From Calcarisporiella thermophila CBS 279.70 (Eukaryota > Fungi > Calcarisporiellomycota), in assembly GCF_041956535.1 (NCBI RefSeq), contig NW_027192193.1, positions 450,235 through 514,234 of the forward strand: a DNA stretch of 64,000 nucleotides, given 5' to 3'. Shown here piece after piece: positions 26,501 through 40,056 of the stretch. A program made the position numbers and the translations under genes. The notes beneath the pieces are model-generated. The model worked only from the letters and a program-made list of their open reading frames with translations. It was not told where the DNA came from and did no database searches. Every line of letters starts with the position of its first letter. Position 1 is the first letter of the stretch.

Positions 26501-27896
26501 TTAAGGACCGCCGTCTGTGAAACGATGAAATACTACACGCGTCATCAAATGAAAGACTTGGCCGTGCAAAGCTACTAAAACTAGAACGGCTCATGCCCCG
26601 GTTGCCAGTTAATAACCCTGCACCTAGATGTGGTCCTGTAGTACTAATCCCTTCTGCTTTAACATGATCGCGCATCCATTGTTTCGATTGTGTAAGGGCA
26701 AATATCCATCGCTTGGCCTCGATTGGATCACCTGCCCGTAGATGATATTGCACCGAGCCTTTTCCTACAACGATAAATCGATTTTTGTCCGTAGGGTCAA
26801 TTCCAATTCTGGCAACAAGCATGTTGATGGAGCCGCGACACGCGTTTTGTGTATCCTCACGATTTTTGTAATAAGAAAGGATACCTAATTAGATTATAGT
26901 TGAGCTTATAAGATAGATCATCTTTGAAAGTATACAATACAATATTACCATTTTCCAGCACAAACCATCGCGGCTTATAACCGCCGATTACGTTTGTCCA
27001 TTTATTCAGAATACCTTCTAATCGAGGTGCTTCACCGGGACTAAGGGTTTGTATAATGGCTATATCGGGTATATCCTTGAGTACAGCGCGAATTTTACTA
27101 TCCTTTGTCAAGTCTCGTGCAAGTTTGCCCTTTTTATCGCGGATCAGCACATCTGCACCACAAGAAATACAGAATCGAACCATCTCGATATTTCGCCTCG
27201 CAGCTGCTTCGTGGAGAATGGTGTAGCCAGTGGCAGGGTCTTGGTCGTTAATATTGAGGAGTCCCGCTCGTGAATGCGAGAACAGCTCTTTCAGCGCCTC
27301 TAGATTGCCTTCACGCGCAAATTGGTGCATAAGTGGCATTTTCTCCGCCATAAATATCTGCCTGCTCTCATTCATCACATTCTCGATGTCAAGCGTGCGG
27401 GCTAACTCGATAGCTTCTTTGTTCTCCTTGTTCTTAATGGTGTCGTTTATTCCTTCTTGCACCATAAGCAATTTCACTACTTCAAAACGTCCAAGGCGGG
27501 CTGCAAGATGTAGCGCGGTATTTCCTTGTAAATCTTGACGATTCAAGTCAAGATAGTAACGTAAGGGCGAAGTAAGGAGAAAAGAAATTGTTGATGGAGC
27601 GGCACATTGCACAGCTAAGTGCAGAGGAGAAGGTGGCTCTTTGTGTGAGCCAGTAGATTTGCTGTGGGTACTATCAGAAGGAGAATAAGATATGTCCTTA
27701 GGAGTGGAAGGTGGTGGGTTATCGAGAATTTGGGTGAGTGCAGTGGTATCGCCTGCGCGTAAAGCTTCAAGAAGCTTTGCTGTCCGCAGAGCTTCCTCCA
27801 TCCCTAAACGAAAGTTTAGACACATATGGATCAAGGCTTCAACGAAATAATGCTCAACATACCGGAAGTTAACGCAGTGTCCTCACTATACAACAT
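23580..27896 (-). CDS. Oxysterol-binding protein homolog, OSH1/OSH2 type (ankyrin-PH-ORD)
   Basis: Ankyrin repeats (GNTALHLAA), PH domain (GILNKWTNVIGGYKPRWFVL), ORD signature EQVSHHPP, KPFNPLL, PTDSRFRPD; 4 exons. Confidence 0.93.
25170..25388 (-). repeat. 105-bp in-frame tandem duplication (about 2.1 copies) in the OSH linker
   Basis: DTQAIPNEETGLREIVDSEKVEEPSTVVLEPKLKS / DTQAIPTEEAESREVVDSEKTEETSTTVLDSRLNS / DTHS; Asp codons at 25388, 25283, 25178. Confidence 0.9.
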
Positions 27897-28370
27897 AGTC
27901 TTAGTGGCGAGCTAACGAATATCCAACTCGTTTAGCTGGAGAGTCTCTAGCTGATTAACACTCGTGATTCCTGTTGAAGAGCGAGAAAGAAGGAAAAGTG
28001 GGGATAAACCTTAAAAGAGGTAGATGACCCCAATTAAGATAACCAGTTTTTTTCTGCGTCACAAAACCTCGTTTTCCGCTGCAAAGCTCTGTAATCTGTT
28101 TGCTCATTCTATCGAATTGGATATTTGTGCAAGATGACATAAAACTAAGAAAAGCTTTTGCTTCATAGATCCATTTGCTTTCAGAAGAAAGGATCACAAA
28201 AATTGTTCACTGATATTCTATTCAGAATCAACCACTCTCACTCGATAAACCGATCAAAAAGTATAGGAAAGCAGAAAAAGAGAAGATTATACAAAGAAAA
28301 AAAAAATAGCATTTGAGTGAAAAGTAAGGAGAACAACATAAAAACCATGATATTAATAGAAGCCTCAAGT

Positions 28371-28868
28371 TCACCATAGAGCTCTCCTTCGCTCTCTTTC
28401 ATACGCAATTCTCTGCCGACGATATCCTCTCTTCAATTGGTTGTTCTCGGCCTCACTCTCTAATTTTTTCAGTCGTTCTTTCGGGCAGGGAGCAACAATT
28501 CCAACAAACAGCTGACTGCACTCAAATCGCTCTGCTAACTTTTTTCGTGTCCATGTCTCCGGATCTTTTGCTCTTAATTCGCGCATCTCATCGATTTGCT
28601 CCGGAGTAAGATGATATTTCTTCTCATGTATAGGAGTAAGCGGGGGTGGAAGCTGGGAAGGCGATGGCAAGGGCGTGGGCTCAAGGGGGACGCGCGAAAT
28701 GAATATGGAACCGTCAGAGAGCTCTTTTGTAGCGATCGTCGAAGGAAGTTTGGCTGGATCGATAGGCTTTGGTACAGTGAGATGGCGATGTCTTCGAGGA
28801 ATGAGTACAGGTAGAATGCGCTGAAGAGCCTTAGATGGCTGGCCAAAGCGGGAAGTGGTCTGTATCAT
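28371..28868 (-). CDS. MRPL20: Mitochondrial ribosomal protein mL58 (MRPL20-like)
   Basis: Arg-rich presequence; KKYHLTPEQIDEMRELRAKDPETWTRKKLAERFECSQLFV...RERRRALW. Confidence 0.88.
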   Translation of the reverse strand: MIQTTSRFGQPSKALQRILPVLIPRRHRHLTVPKPIDPAKLPSTIATKELSDGSIFISRVPLEPTPLPSPSQLPPPLTPIHEKKYHLTPEQIDEMRELRAKDPETWTRKKLAERFECSQLFVGIVAPCPKERLKKLESEAENNQLKRGYRRQRIAYERERRRALW

Positions 28869-30094
28869 TATGCTATCGATAATGTGAACCAAAATTCTTG
28901 AAGAGCAAATTTGTTTACTCCTATGTAATTGCAACTACAAGCCACTTAGCAGTCACAAATGATTCTCTGAATTGAATTCTCTATAGTGTTAACATGGTTA
29001 TTTCTATTAGTTATTTATTTGGACATGAACAATCATACCGCCCCAATAACCTGCAATATGGTATAGGAGCGTAACAATCTAGAAAGTTCGTTGCCAATAT
29101 CACCTTGATACTTTCCAATCTCTATAAAGTCTTTCATTCACTGGAGTGATAGTGTTCAAAGAATGCGCTTCCACTATGACAGGCTTCAGATGCAGGAGCA
29201 CCAAAGGGACCACATCAAGTTATACAACAAGCGGTTTTCGCTTAATTACCAGGCTCAGAATATAGTTTATATGATGTAAAAGCGTGGAATTTTCGTCCAA
29301 CATCTTTGCCCCGCTTCTTTCATCTCCGAGAGTAATTACTCTTAAAAGCCTCTGAATCATTCCCTAGTATTTTCAAGGTCTAACCTGGATGTTGAGTTGA
29401 TTTAGTCGCTGCCCTTGTATTTAGGCTTTTAGAGTCTATCGATTTGGCCAATCTTACTGAAGGATAAAATTACCTGAAACTTCATCTTAATTAGCCTCAT
29501 GCATCCAAAGACTAAACTTATGGAAAAAGAAGTATTCTTTTTACTCTGGTGAAAATTCTATTTGGATAATCTTTCAGTGCGAATTCCGAAGCTGCATTTT
29601 GCTCCGAAAATAAAAACAGTCTTTGTCATTAAGGTATTGTAACCCTGGTCGACTGGTCACACTCTTCTCAGACAATTTAGGTTTTCTCTACAAGCCCCTT
29701 ACTCTGCGAGCCGTTAACCAGTGCTCCCAAGCCTCTTTTACATTGCTCTTCGTTTTTTAGCACTGACAAAACTCTTACGCACATCTTCCCTCTCCCTAAC
29801 TTTTTAGCAAAAGTTTGGATCAGAGCTTCTCATTCAGTCTCTGCATCTACACTAAAGTTTTAACAACCAGAGAGTGGATAGGATAGTGCCCATTCTAATA
29901 TTCTATAGTGATCAATATATAAACGCGCTCAAAATATTTTATGTATCTGAATAACATATACATGAGAAAAGGGTAAAACAGCTAAAATAGGTTGGGAAGG
30001 AAAGAGTAAATAATAGAACATGGTAGAATAAAAACGTATTTTATCCAAGACAACGAGCTCGAGAAAAAGTAAAATGAGTGAAAAGCTAAAATAG

Positions 30095-30465
30095 CTAATC
30101 ACAGCATTCAAGACAGCAACAAAGGCAGCTTCCAATAGCACATCCAAGACAACTATGATTTAGAATATTGTAATGAGAATATAATCAGTGGTAATTAACT
30201 ATTTATTTTGCTTACAGATTTCCGCAGCAGCCGTCATCTTTCTGAGGAGGAGGTTGTTGGACGTATACGACATTGGGAGGGGGATTGGGAGCATAGCCTG
30301 TATTCAACAGAAATTTGGGCGATTGCTTAGCCTTGTTGCATCGGACATATTTTTACTAATATTACCTTGCTGAGGCGGGGGGTAATAGCCACCTTGGGGA
30401 GCACCATAGGCTTGCTGCGGTGGGGGTGGATATCCATAATAACCCTTGTCTTGCTGGCCGCTCAT
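30095..30465 (-). CDS. CYSTM-domain protein (Pro/Gln/Tyr-rich head, Cys-rich tail), 3 exons (absent from the ORF track)
   Basis: Spliced: MSGQQDKGYYGYPPPPQQAYGAPQGGYYPPPQQGYAPNPPPNVVYVQQPPPQKDDGCCGNLCLGCAIGSCLCCCLECCD*. Confidence 0.9.
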
Positions 30466-31051
30466 GTTATCAACCGGAAGTTTTAATTGAAAATGGGAGA
30501 GGGGAAGACGGGATAAAATAGAACAATAGAAACGAAAAAAAAGAGTGGGTGGTGCAGTGAGAGCTTTTTATTTGGGATCACAAAGGAATTTTTAACACCA
30601 AGTTATTAATTCAATTCGAGAAAAACAAGCGTTTCTTCTTTGCCAAGAATTGATAAGATTGACCAATATCCATCAAGTAAATGAGCTGACCATTCATAAT
30701 CAAGAGAAAATAAGGCGGAACGGAGCTCCCACTGTCATTCCTCAACAATCTTAATCATTATTTTTTGCCTGCAATGTCCACTGACTCAACTGTTGCCATT
30801 AAGTTAGTCTTTTAATACACATTCTTCAAGATCTGTAACACGAAGTTTATACAGTGTTGATGTTGTAGCTTGGGTCTTTTATTCCGAACCTCAATAAAAT
30901 TAACTTTACTAATAGTAAAAGCTACGAGAATACAGTTGATAAGATATAATTAAAACGACCTCCAACTAAAAAGGCCATCCATAAGATTGTGATATATGAA
31001 ACATATTACATTCGAGATAGTTAATAAACAATAATATATATGGCGAATTCT

Positions 31052-32904
31052 CTACTTAGGCGACTCTGGCGACTTAAATGCCATCGCTACTTCCTTGTCA
31101 ATGCTGATGGGGAGGGGGGGCAACGGTGCCTTCGGAGGAGGTGACGGTATAGACAAGGAAATAGGTTCTTCCATTTTTGTGATCGCTTCAGGTTTCGTTG
31201 TAAAAATCGGAGTAGGACCAACTATCTTCAGCTTATTTAGCAAAGACTGTCGAGTGCTTGTCAATTCACTCAGTGCCTTCTCCAGCTCATCTTCTGCACT
31301 TGCACTTTTAGATTTGTTGTTCGATGTCACTGACTCTTTATCTAGAGCTGAAATGCGTTGACGCCGTCGAAGGAAGATGGCCACTAGGACGAGAAGCAGA
31401 ATAAAAGCAATTCCGGCACTTATGGCAGTGCTCACGGTGACTATCGGGAATTCCTGTTTGCTAACATCAGTGTTGGGCAATAAGCCGGATGAAGTATTGG
31501 CTGAGGAAGCGTAGGCGTAAGCTGAGTTTCTAAGATTCGGGGTATAGGTAGTGGAGGGCCGCCAGTGTTGGGTATCGATCACATACATTTTAGAGTCAAA
31601 GATGTCCTCATTAAACGCAATTGTCCCTAAACAAGTAAACATGGTTATGCAGGTGTCCAGTAGTCTCTCTAAGTAGATCCATTTTACCGAAAAATATTAC
31701 AAGATTGGTTCCAATGAGCTCCATCGAATGGAACGCGCGTGGCGGAGGTGCGGACACCTGGACTTGCTCCCATACAAGTTTCCCATTGCTCCCTTGTAGA
31801 GCCCAGATGTCGCCAAATAGGTTGGCTCCTTTCCCTCCATAGATGAGGATAGTGTCATCGGTCACTAAATTAAATTCCGTCAGTCAGACACTTAACAGAA
31901 ATTATAAATCAAAAGCTCCTCGTTACTTACTGACAACTGCAGCGTGTCCGTATCTTGGTGCAGGCGCATTTCCATACACATTGCTTTGCCCCCAACTTAG
32001 AGTATAGGTATCAAAAAAATGGACAAAATGGAGTGGAGCAACATTGTAGCCATTGTATCCTCCAAGTACAACCAGCTTTCCATTAGATAACATTGACACT
32101 ATCATATTAAAACTACATATTGAATCCAGACCTCAATTGTTTAATTTTGTCGACAATATTACCAGTATGCCACACAAGATTTCCAGGAGATTCTGGAGCA
32201 TTAAGACTTGACCATGCACCTCCGATCAAATCTAATCTCTGTAATCCCGCATATTCCTCTGTGCCCATCATGTTCTGAGCTCCTGGTATCAGTTTTCCCC
32301 CATAAAACCAGATGTCATTTCCATCCCCACTTGGAGCACCCGCACCAAACTTAGTATCTACAGGCTGATTTCGAATAGTCGGCTGGTAGAATTGGTGGGT
32401 CTGAAGATCAAAGTAAGTGAGGGTTCCGTCAGCCCAGAGTCCGAGGGAATTTGTGGGATGCACAGGAAACAAAACTGCGCTATTCGTGCGCGGAGGTAAG
32501 ATGGTATTAATGCTGTTGTTTTGCGAAAACTGGGTTGAAACTTGTTTGACTGGCAAAGAAGAGATATACACGTTATAGGGAACGGAGGTGGTCTCAAATG
32601 ACTGCGAAAGGTCCAATTCGAGAAGATCGTATAGTGTGCTGTCTGCTACTCCATAGACGTGGCTGTTTCCTCCAAAGAGATATATGCTTATATGTATATG
32701 GAGAGTTAAAGAAATTACAATAAGTTAAAGCAATTTTAGTCAATTCACTTTAATTTACCTGTTGTTGATAAGGGTATGTCCAACTCCAGATCGAGGTCCA
32801 GGGTCAAGATTAGCCATCGCATTTGCGAATAATGCGAAATGAATAATTAATAAAGGTGACCATTTCAAGAGGAAATAGTTAATAACGTTTCTTCTGTTGA
32901 TCAT
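31052..32904 (-). CDS. Type I membrane protein with extracellular Kelch beta-propeller
   Basis: Signal-like N terminus; Kelch GG motifs (IWFYGG, LVVLGGY, PAPRYGHAAV, ILIYGG, PPPRAFHS); TM AISAGIAFILLLVLVAIFL followed by RRRQR. Confidence 0.8.
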
Positions 32905-34156
32905 TGTGATAAATAAGAATCTAAACGTTGAATGAGGAGGAATGTGGGAGGGTATACTCATACGAAAAACAAAATGTTCAATTTCTTGGAACCATTTCAC
33001 ATGTAAAGAATCGCATAAATAAAATGAGTAGCTGGATATAAGTAAAGCGGAAAAGATGGAAAGTATCTACTTGCAACATGCCCAAATATTATCCAATGCT
33101 AAAAGGTATGGAGGTGCTTCATGTTAATTACATTCTGCAACCCAAATCCAGGATTCCTCATAACCTCCTAAAAAAAATCTGTTCTTGCAGTCTTGACAAA
33201 TTTGGACATATTTTAATATGCTTCAAATCTCTTAAAACATTTCTCAACAACATGAAAAAACAGCGTGGGTTAATGGTGGACATTTTTGTAGTAGGCTGCA
33301 GTGCAATATATCAAACGAGGATTAAGCCGGGTGGATGAGGTGATACTTTGGTGCAGAGTGGAGAAGCAAAATGTGTCAATCTTATCACTAGGCATTTCTC
33401 ATTTCAGAATACCCAAGTATATACCAGGACATAGAGAAATGCACCCTCTCACAAAAAGGCCATCACAGAATAAGAAAGGCAGATGACATGATTCATTCTG
33501 GAGGCTAAATCCTTTAGGGTATTACGCCGGTGGTGTCTAGAATGGAATGTAGAGTTAGAATTAAAACTAAGGCAGTAAAGCAAACTGAAAACGCTGGATT
33601 GGAATTTTCAACTATACCAGATGAAACATTCAGTCTATTATTTATCTGAAACCTGCTATACTTTTGTCCAGTTGAGTAAACTAAAGTATACTTAATTTCA
33701 GAGGATGCGATCTAAAATTCAGAACGAACACCAATGTTCTGATTGGCCTCTCCCGAAGCGACTGCACGCAGATACTATATGATCTACCCCATGAGCCGCA
33801 AGACATGCAATTGCCGCGGGACAATTCATCCTTAATCAAGTCAGTGTATGGAGCCAAGAAGTAATACCAAGAACCCGCACAAGCTAATAATCCACTATTT
33901 TTAGAACCAAGCAGTAGCCACAAAATTATTGGGAAAATTTCCGATCGCAATATTTCATGCCCAATCCATTGCCAGCTAAATTAAATGATCAAACTCTACT
34001 TGGCACTGGAGGCCGGAAGCTTGTTCAAGTGTTTCAGCTTGTTCGATCACAATTAGGTGCTTTATAAGAGTCGAATGGTTTCCTGGGTTAAATCTTTTTG
34101 TTGTCTATCACATTTCTTTTATTATTTTTATTACCATATATAAGACTTCGATTACA

Positions 34157-34881
34157 ATGGCCAAGCTGCAACGTCTATTTTTGCTTCTAGTAATTATCAC
34201 CGTGTTCTTCGCGGCTATTACTCGAGCTCAGGATCAGGGCGAGGATGCGGGTAGCGCTAAAGTGACATAGTTAAATAGTGTCTATGAAAAGCTGATGGTT
34301 TAAATTTAGGGAGTATCGCAGATAATTCTCAGCAGGAGAGCGGGGCAACAGATGAAGCGGGTGCTACTTCTGGAAATGGTGCTTCCAACACTGATTCCAC
34401 GAATTCAGATAGTAACGCAATCGCAGTGGATGAAAATACTGCAGATAATGGCGACTCCGTAGATTCAAACAATGATCAAGCAGCAGATAATGGATCTCTC
34501 AACGGAGATTCTGATTCCCCAACTGTGGTGGTAGATACAGCCAACGATGCTGAAGCTACCGATACCTCAAGCTCGGCAACGGAGCAGGCCTCTGCTACAA
34601 CCACAGGCAATTCTTTCGACATCACCAGCACCAGCGGTGCTCAAGTCTCCTCATCGTCCTACTCTTTTACTTCTTCCAGCGGATTTAGTTCTCCTATTGC
34701 AACAAGCTATAGCTCATACAAATATTCTTCCTCGAGTAGCAGTGGCTTGGCTCCAACTGCTGCTGTGAGTTCGACAAGACCATCGACAACTCCAACCTCA
34801 GGAGTATCAAGTGCTTATTCAGTTAAAACTGCTATTGCAGGGGGTCTGCTGATTCAAGGACTACTTCTAGTGTTTCTCTAG
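34157..34881 (+). CDS. Ser/Thr/Asp-rich GPI-anchored cell-surface protein
   Basis: Signal peptide MAKLQRLFLLLVIITVFFAAITRA; intron about 34251-34309; S/T-rich stalk; hydrophobic C terminus after SGVSSA. Confidence 0.82.
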
Positions 34882-35141
34882 TACATTTTCTTTTTATTTA
34901 TTTAACAGATTTGTTTTGAGGATAGTTTATAAATACGCATTCAATATTCATACTAAGTATGCCGAAACTGTCTACTTGTTCGCTATTTTAACAAAAAAAT
35001 GACAAATTTAAAAATCAAGGTCTTTACTTATCGTCGATCGAATTTCTATTTCAGTTAATACGCTCCCATGATTTTGAGGATATCACATGAAAAAGACTAC
35101 ATCACTATATTAAATCAATATATTTTACATTTCGATTGAAG

Positions 35142-38100
35142 TTAGAACGATCCCAATCGAGCCAACAAGGAAAATGCCTTGGACTCGGCTTCAAATTTGG
35201 CAGCGACACTACGCATACTTTCAAAGTGGGAGTCTAGCGTATCTTGAGGCAAATGCGTGATATGCTCATTTCCCGTTGTTTCTCGGTCACGCTTACTTAA
35301 GCGATGTAAATTTTCAGCCGCAAGCTCATAGACTTTTTCCTACGATAGCCATGATTAAATAAGCTTGGCTTTAGCCTGCGATAGTTGAAGGTACGTACCT
35401 GGTCCCGTAAATACACTAATATCAGTTTAAGTATTCCGTTGATTCTCTCAGTCGAATGCTAATATAATATCTTATGTTAATTAAAAAAAAAGTTGATTTC
35501 ATAAAGGCTTGCAAATGAGCGCTAACCCCTTTGTCCAGCGAAGAAAATAGTACTCGTTCTTGCAACATTTTCAAATATTTTTCATGCACTGTTAGCAATT
35601 CATCAAGACCCACTGCACACTCCATGTCTTTTCTGAGATTGTTCCATGCACGTTCTATACCTTCGAAGAGTATGACGTATTCCAGCTGGTTCAAAAAATG
35701 GAGCATCTGTGAAGTAGCAACTCGAATCCATTGAATATTGGGGATGGCATCTAAAAATTCACAACATCACGTTATCTCTTCCTATTGTAAGATAAATCAC
35801 CAACCATACCCTCTAAATTCGGGAATTCTTTTGAATAATACATTCCCATCTTCCATCCCCTCATCAGCATATTCGCCACTCGTTTGATCCTCCACAGGAA
35901 TCTCCATATTCGCCTATACTCCTGCATTGCTTTCTCGTTCAATATGGTATCCAACGGCTTCTCGACCACATAGTCCAGTCTGAAGATGTCCCAACCCGTT
36001 AAATTTTCATTTTGTGATTCTATAATACGTGCATCGAGGCGGCTGGCACAAGGGTCCTTGCGAGCGCTGGAATGGAGGGAGGCGGATAGGATAAGAGAAT
36101 GGAGTTTCTGACGATAAATATATCTTGCCGGCTCATTCAATGTTTCCCTAGTGATAGAAACAAATGTTATTTATTTATAATACAACAATTCAGCAGAAAC
36201 TATAATGCGCACTCCATCACATCCATCAATCGCTGGGTCCAGTCGCCTCGACACAAGAGAAAATAGTCCTTCAAGGCTACGAGGTGCGTCATCAATCCAT
36301 ATTTTTCTAGCAGGATGGATTTGAGACGCCGACTTGTCTTCACGTGGTTGGTCTCAACATAGGATTCAAGGCTAAAGATGCTTCTGGGTATTGACGCTGT
36401 TAAGATTGAAGTCTACAAGTTAGCTCATTTATCAATTAATCCATAAGAACACCACTACCTTCTTCCTCGCTTTTCTCGTCGCGAGTTAAATAGAGTTCTT
36501 CACATCGATAGCGAATATAATTGATATTTTTGCCAATCTCTAAGATCTACTAGCATTTCTATTGATTTAGTCCCCGAAGCCGCCAAAATAATATAAGTAG
36601 AATATCACCTTTTGAGAGAGGGGTTTCGTGATATATCGCGGGCGCATTTTGTCCCTTACAAAATATCTTTTTTCCCAAAACAATTCGTCGGACACATCTT
36701 GGTTTATACCAATGAAGAATTCTTCGTGTGGATCATTGACCTCTCCCTTGTAAACCCAGGAATCTAGCATAGCATGAAGAGGTCTTGATACCTAGAGGTA
36801 GATGGGGGATGAGCTTGGATATTAAAAAAGGGCGGTCAACAAATTTACTTCTTCTAAAAACGCTTGGATAAAGCGATTTACAAAAGAGTCACCATGCTTT
36901 CCATATGAGTGTATATTGTCAACAAGAACACTCCCTTTATCTTCTATTGAATCAATAAGAAATTCATATTAGAGCTGATGTATGAAATTAGAAAAAGAAT
37001 AAGGAAGAATACCTCTACAAGCATCGATCATGCCTTGTAGTAGCGACAAACGCCGGTTCCATTCCTGCATACCAACATACAGCCGTTTTAAAGTCAAATC
37101 TGGATCACCAGCTTTAATCTCGGCCTCATCTATCTGTTTTAGAAGTATTCTTTCTAAGACTTCAATAAACCGTGTATATCGGCAGAGTTCGTTCTTCAAT
37201 GCATCACAAAAGCTCTAAAGGAATAAACAAATAGGGTAAAGTTATTCGACGCTACGCCTCGTTTAAACGAAGAGGTATTCAAGTTACCTTTTCTAATTGC
37301 CCGGAGTTCTCTTCCTTTTCATATTTGATTACAAATTGTGAGATATGGCTATACAGCTGTCCGATGTGTGAGAGTTTTTCAACTAGGATTTGGGCAGAAC
37401 CGGATATTTCCGCCGACGAATGGAAAATATATTTTTCCTTCTTGGTACTATAAGAGAGATAGCAGCCATCTATACCCCGCAGAGATAATAGCACATCGCG
37501 GAGAAGCATATTTTCTGGGATTTTGCTGGCATTCTTATCTGTTGAACAAAAAGATTAGAATGTTTATTGGTTAGGAGTCAACAAGATAATCAGTAACTTT
37601 ATATACCTATAAACTGAAGGTAGCGCTGATAGGGAGTCTCTTGGTAATCAATTTTATTTGAAGGGAGGATAGAGCTTGATTTTTTGGTAGGTGCTTCGGA
37701 CGGCACGGCTGGCAACCTCGAAATCTATTAAAATATGGCTTCTTAAGTTTATAAGTTCCAGAAACAAAATAGAGATTCCAGTACCTTTGTGTCTAAATTC
37801 TCAAGCTGATTCGTTCCGCTTAGCAAATATAGGAACTTGAGTATTTCATTTCTTCTCCTTAATGTCGTCTATCGATGGTGAGTTATTTTAGTTATAGCGT
37901 CTAATGACTTTGTGAATAGAAGCTTACCTTTGCTTTTATTTTGGAATATAAATATGTGTATCTTGTTATGATAGACTCATTTTGTGCCAAACTGGATTCG
38001 CGAATAACTAACATAGTAATAAAATGAGTTTGGTGCTAATGCAACAAGGAATAGAAAAAATTTTCTTACGTTTTTTTCGTATTAGATTGGATTGCTCAAA

Positions 38101-38428
38101 TTCATCTCTGGTCAACGAATCAGTAAAATCGCTTTTGGAAGTAAAATATTATAACTTCAATAATTTTCCCTGAATTGACCAAGGATGTTCTGCCGTCAAA
38201 TTACCTGTTCAGTATATTTATACAGAGATTTAATATTCGCCTCCAATTGACTTCGCTTATATGCTTATTTGAAAAGCACTTTGAGTTGCTATAGTTTATG
38301 GAAGATGGCTGGGACGAGGACGAGGAAAGAATGTGAGTAATAAGCGGATGAAGGAATTGATCGATATGCGGATCGTTCTGTTTTGAATGATGGGTAATTG
38401 AATTGCATTTTAATTGCGAATGTGACAT
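35142..38428 (-). CDS. Gamma-tubulin complex component, Spc98/GCP3-like, multi-exon
   Basis: LLRDVLLSLRGIDG, WVYKGEVNDPHEEFFI, HLVALKDYFLLCRGD, GWDIFRLDYVVEKPL..YRRIWRFLWRIKRV, HFLNQLEYVILFEGIE. Confidence 0.82.
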
Positions 38429-38739
38429 GCCTAACATTATTTTTCGATAAATAATGAATGCGGTAAGAACGCGTTAGATTTTCATCCCTTAGGCTGAGTT
38501 GCAAAAATGGAGTGACACGCTATGAAACTAACCGCAGGAAGAGAAATATTTAATATAACATATCTCGGATCCATTTCAGTACGTTCCTTTATTTTTTATG
38601 TTGTCTTGAAATTTTGCGATTTTTTTTTTTTCAAGGAAAATTGGTTCTTTCTGAATAACATTTTCCCCTTCATTTGTCTTATTTTTTTATTTGCTTATTT
38701 AAAAGTGCCTCCAGCAATAGCTCAGAGAGCCTTGTAGTG

Positions 38740-39542
38740 ATGAGGGAGTTGAGTGTACTATTTTTCCTCATTCTTTTCCGCATTTCTTCTCCAGCCCCCG
38801 TTCCCTTCGTAATTCCTGCCCACGAATTGCCAAGCACCCCTCCTACCCCCAATTCTTTAGAAATGTTTAATGATACAACTCAGCGTCCCTTTGACACTCA
38901 TCAGCTCTCCGTGTACCTCTCACAGCACTACTATAGCTCGCTTGATCCAATCATTGACAAAACCGCTAGCCAAGTTGCGACCATGTTCCGTGAGGCTATC
39001 TCTTTAAATGCTAACCCTTTGGATTCACGAGTCGACGTAGGAATATTGCAGGCACAAATAGAAGCTGGCATTAATGGTAAAGCATATAGTACTGTATTTC
39101 GTGAAAGCTAGGACATATTTTTCATTATGATACCACCAATATAGCACATGTTAAAGACCAAGTCATCTCTACATTAATGGCACACAATTCTCTCCATGAA
39201 ATGCTCTCCCCAACAGCCCTTGAAACTACAATCCACGCCTTTTGCCAATCTCCTATTCAACATCAATGTCTCCATGAAAAGGCTGCGAACATTATGACCG
39301 TATTAGACGCACAATTTGCATCCCATACCCAGAAATTTCCTATACGAATGGAAAAGAAACTTATTCCTGTGCTTTGGCGAGGAGTCAAGCGGGACGTGAA
39401 GACCGTGGTACGAGAATTAGGCGAGGTGAAAGTTGAATTCCGGAATGAAGGAGAATGGAAAAAACTGAACAAAGCAGAAGCAGTACACGGTGGGTCGGAA
39501 GTATTGCGTAGATTTGTGAAAATGGTGGAGGATAGACTGTAG
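38740..39542 (+). CDS. Orphan secreted protein, 2 exons
   Basis: Signal-like MRELSVLFFLILFRISSPAP; GT-AG intron about 39077-39143 joins two ORFs in frame. Confidence 0.65.
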
Positions 39543-40056
39543 GCGAAAACAATCGGAGCCTTTATATCTTTTTATTTTACAACATATTTTATCTTTTCTG
39601 TAATGGTTGATTTGGGAGATTACAAAATACTAATAAAAATCTAAATTCAAAATCATATCAAGGAGAACGGATGCTGTTGTGAGTACAAATTGCCTCAAAA
39701 GATAAGATATTTGAAGGCCGCACTTTGTCATTAAAGCATCTTTGCGACTTAACGAAGAATTATATTAAATATATACAAGATACATTCGAGGCTTAAGAAC
39801 ACTTTTTGAGTCCGACATTCTCAGTAATATCAATGAAAAAATTGGTGTATGGCAGGTGTATAATATAGCTTCGGTGATGGAAGATATGGACTAATAGTAA
39901 ATATTTTGCTTTTAATTTGGATACCGTTTTACTTTAATATGCAATCCAAATGGTGAAATTTAACGAGCCCGAAAACTACAAGCCGCAGCGAATTCTTCAT
40001 ATTTGTGTAATAGATAAATTTATTTAAAATCTTTTATATCCGTGCCCTGTCACTCA

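Noticed and set aside
26875-26885. GTATCCTTT U12-type donor in the OSH gene
   Set aside because: It is the start of an exon after a TAG acceptor and encodes GILSYY of the PH domain.
33078-33950. Short ORFs and two imperfect hairpins between the Kelch and GPI genes
   Set aside because: No protein motifs; the hairpins lack a properly placed ACA box; most simply promoter DNA.
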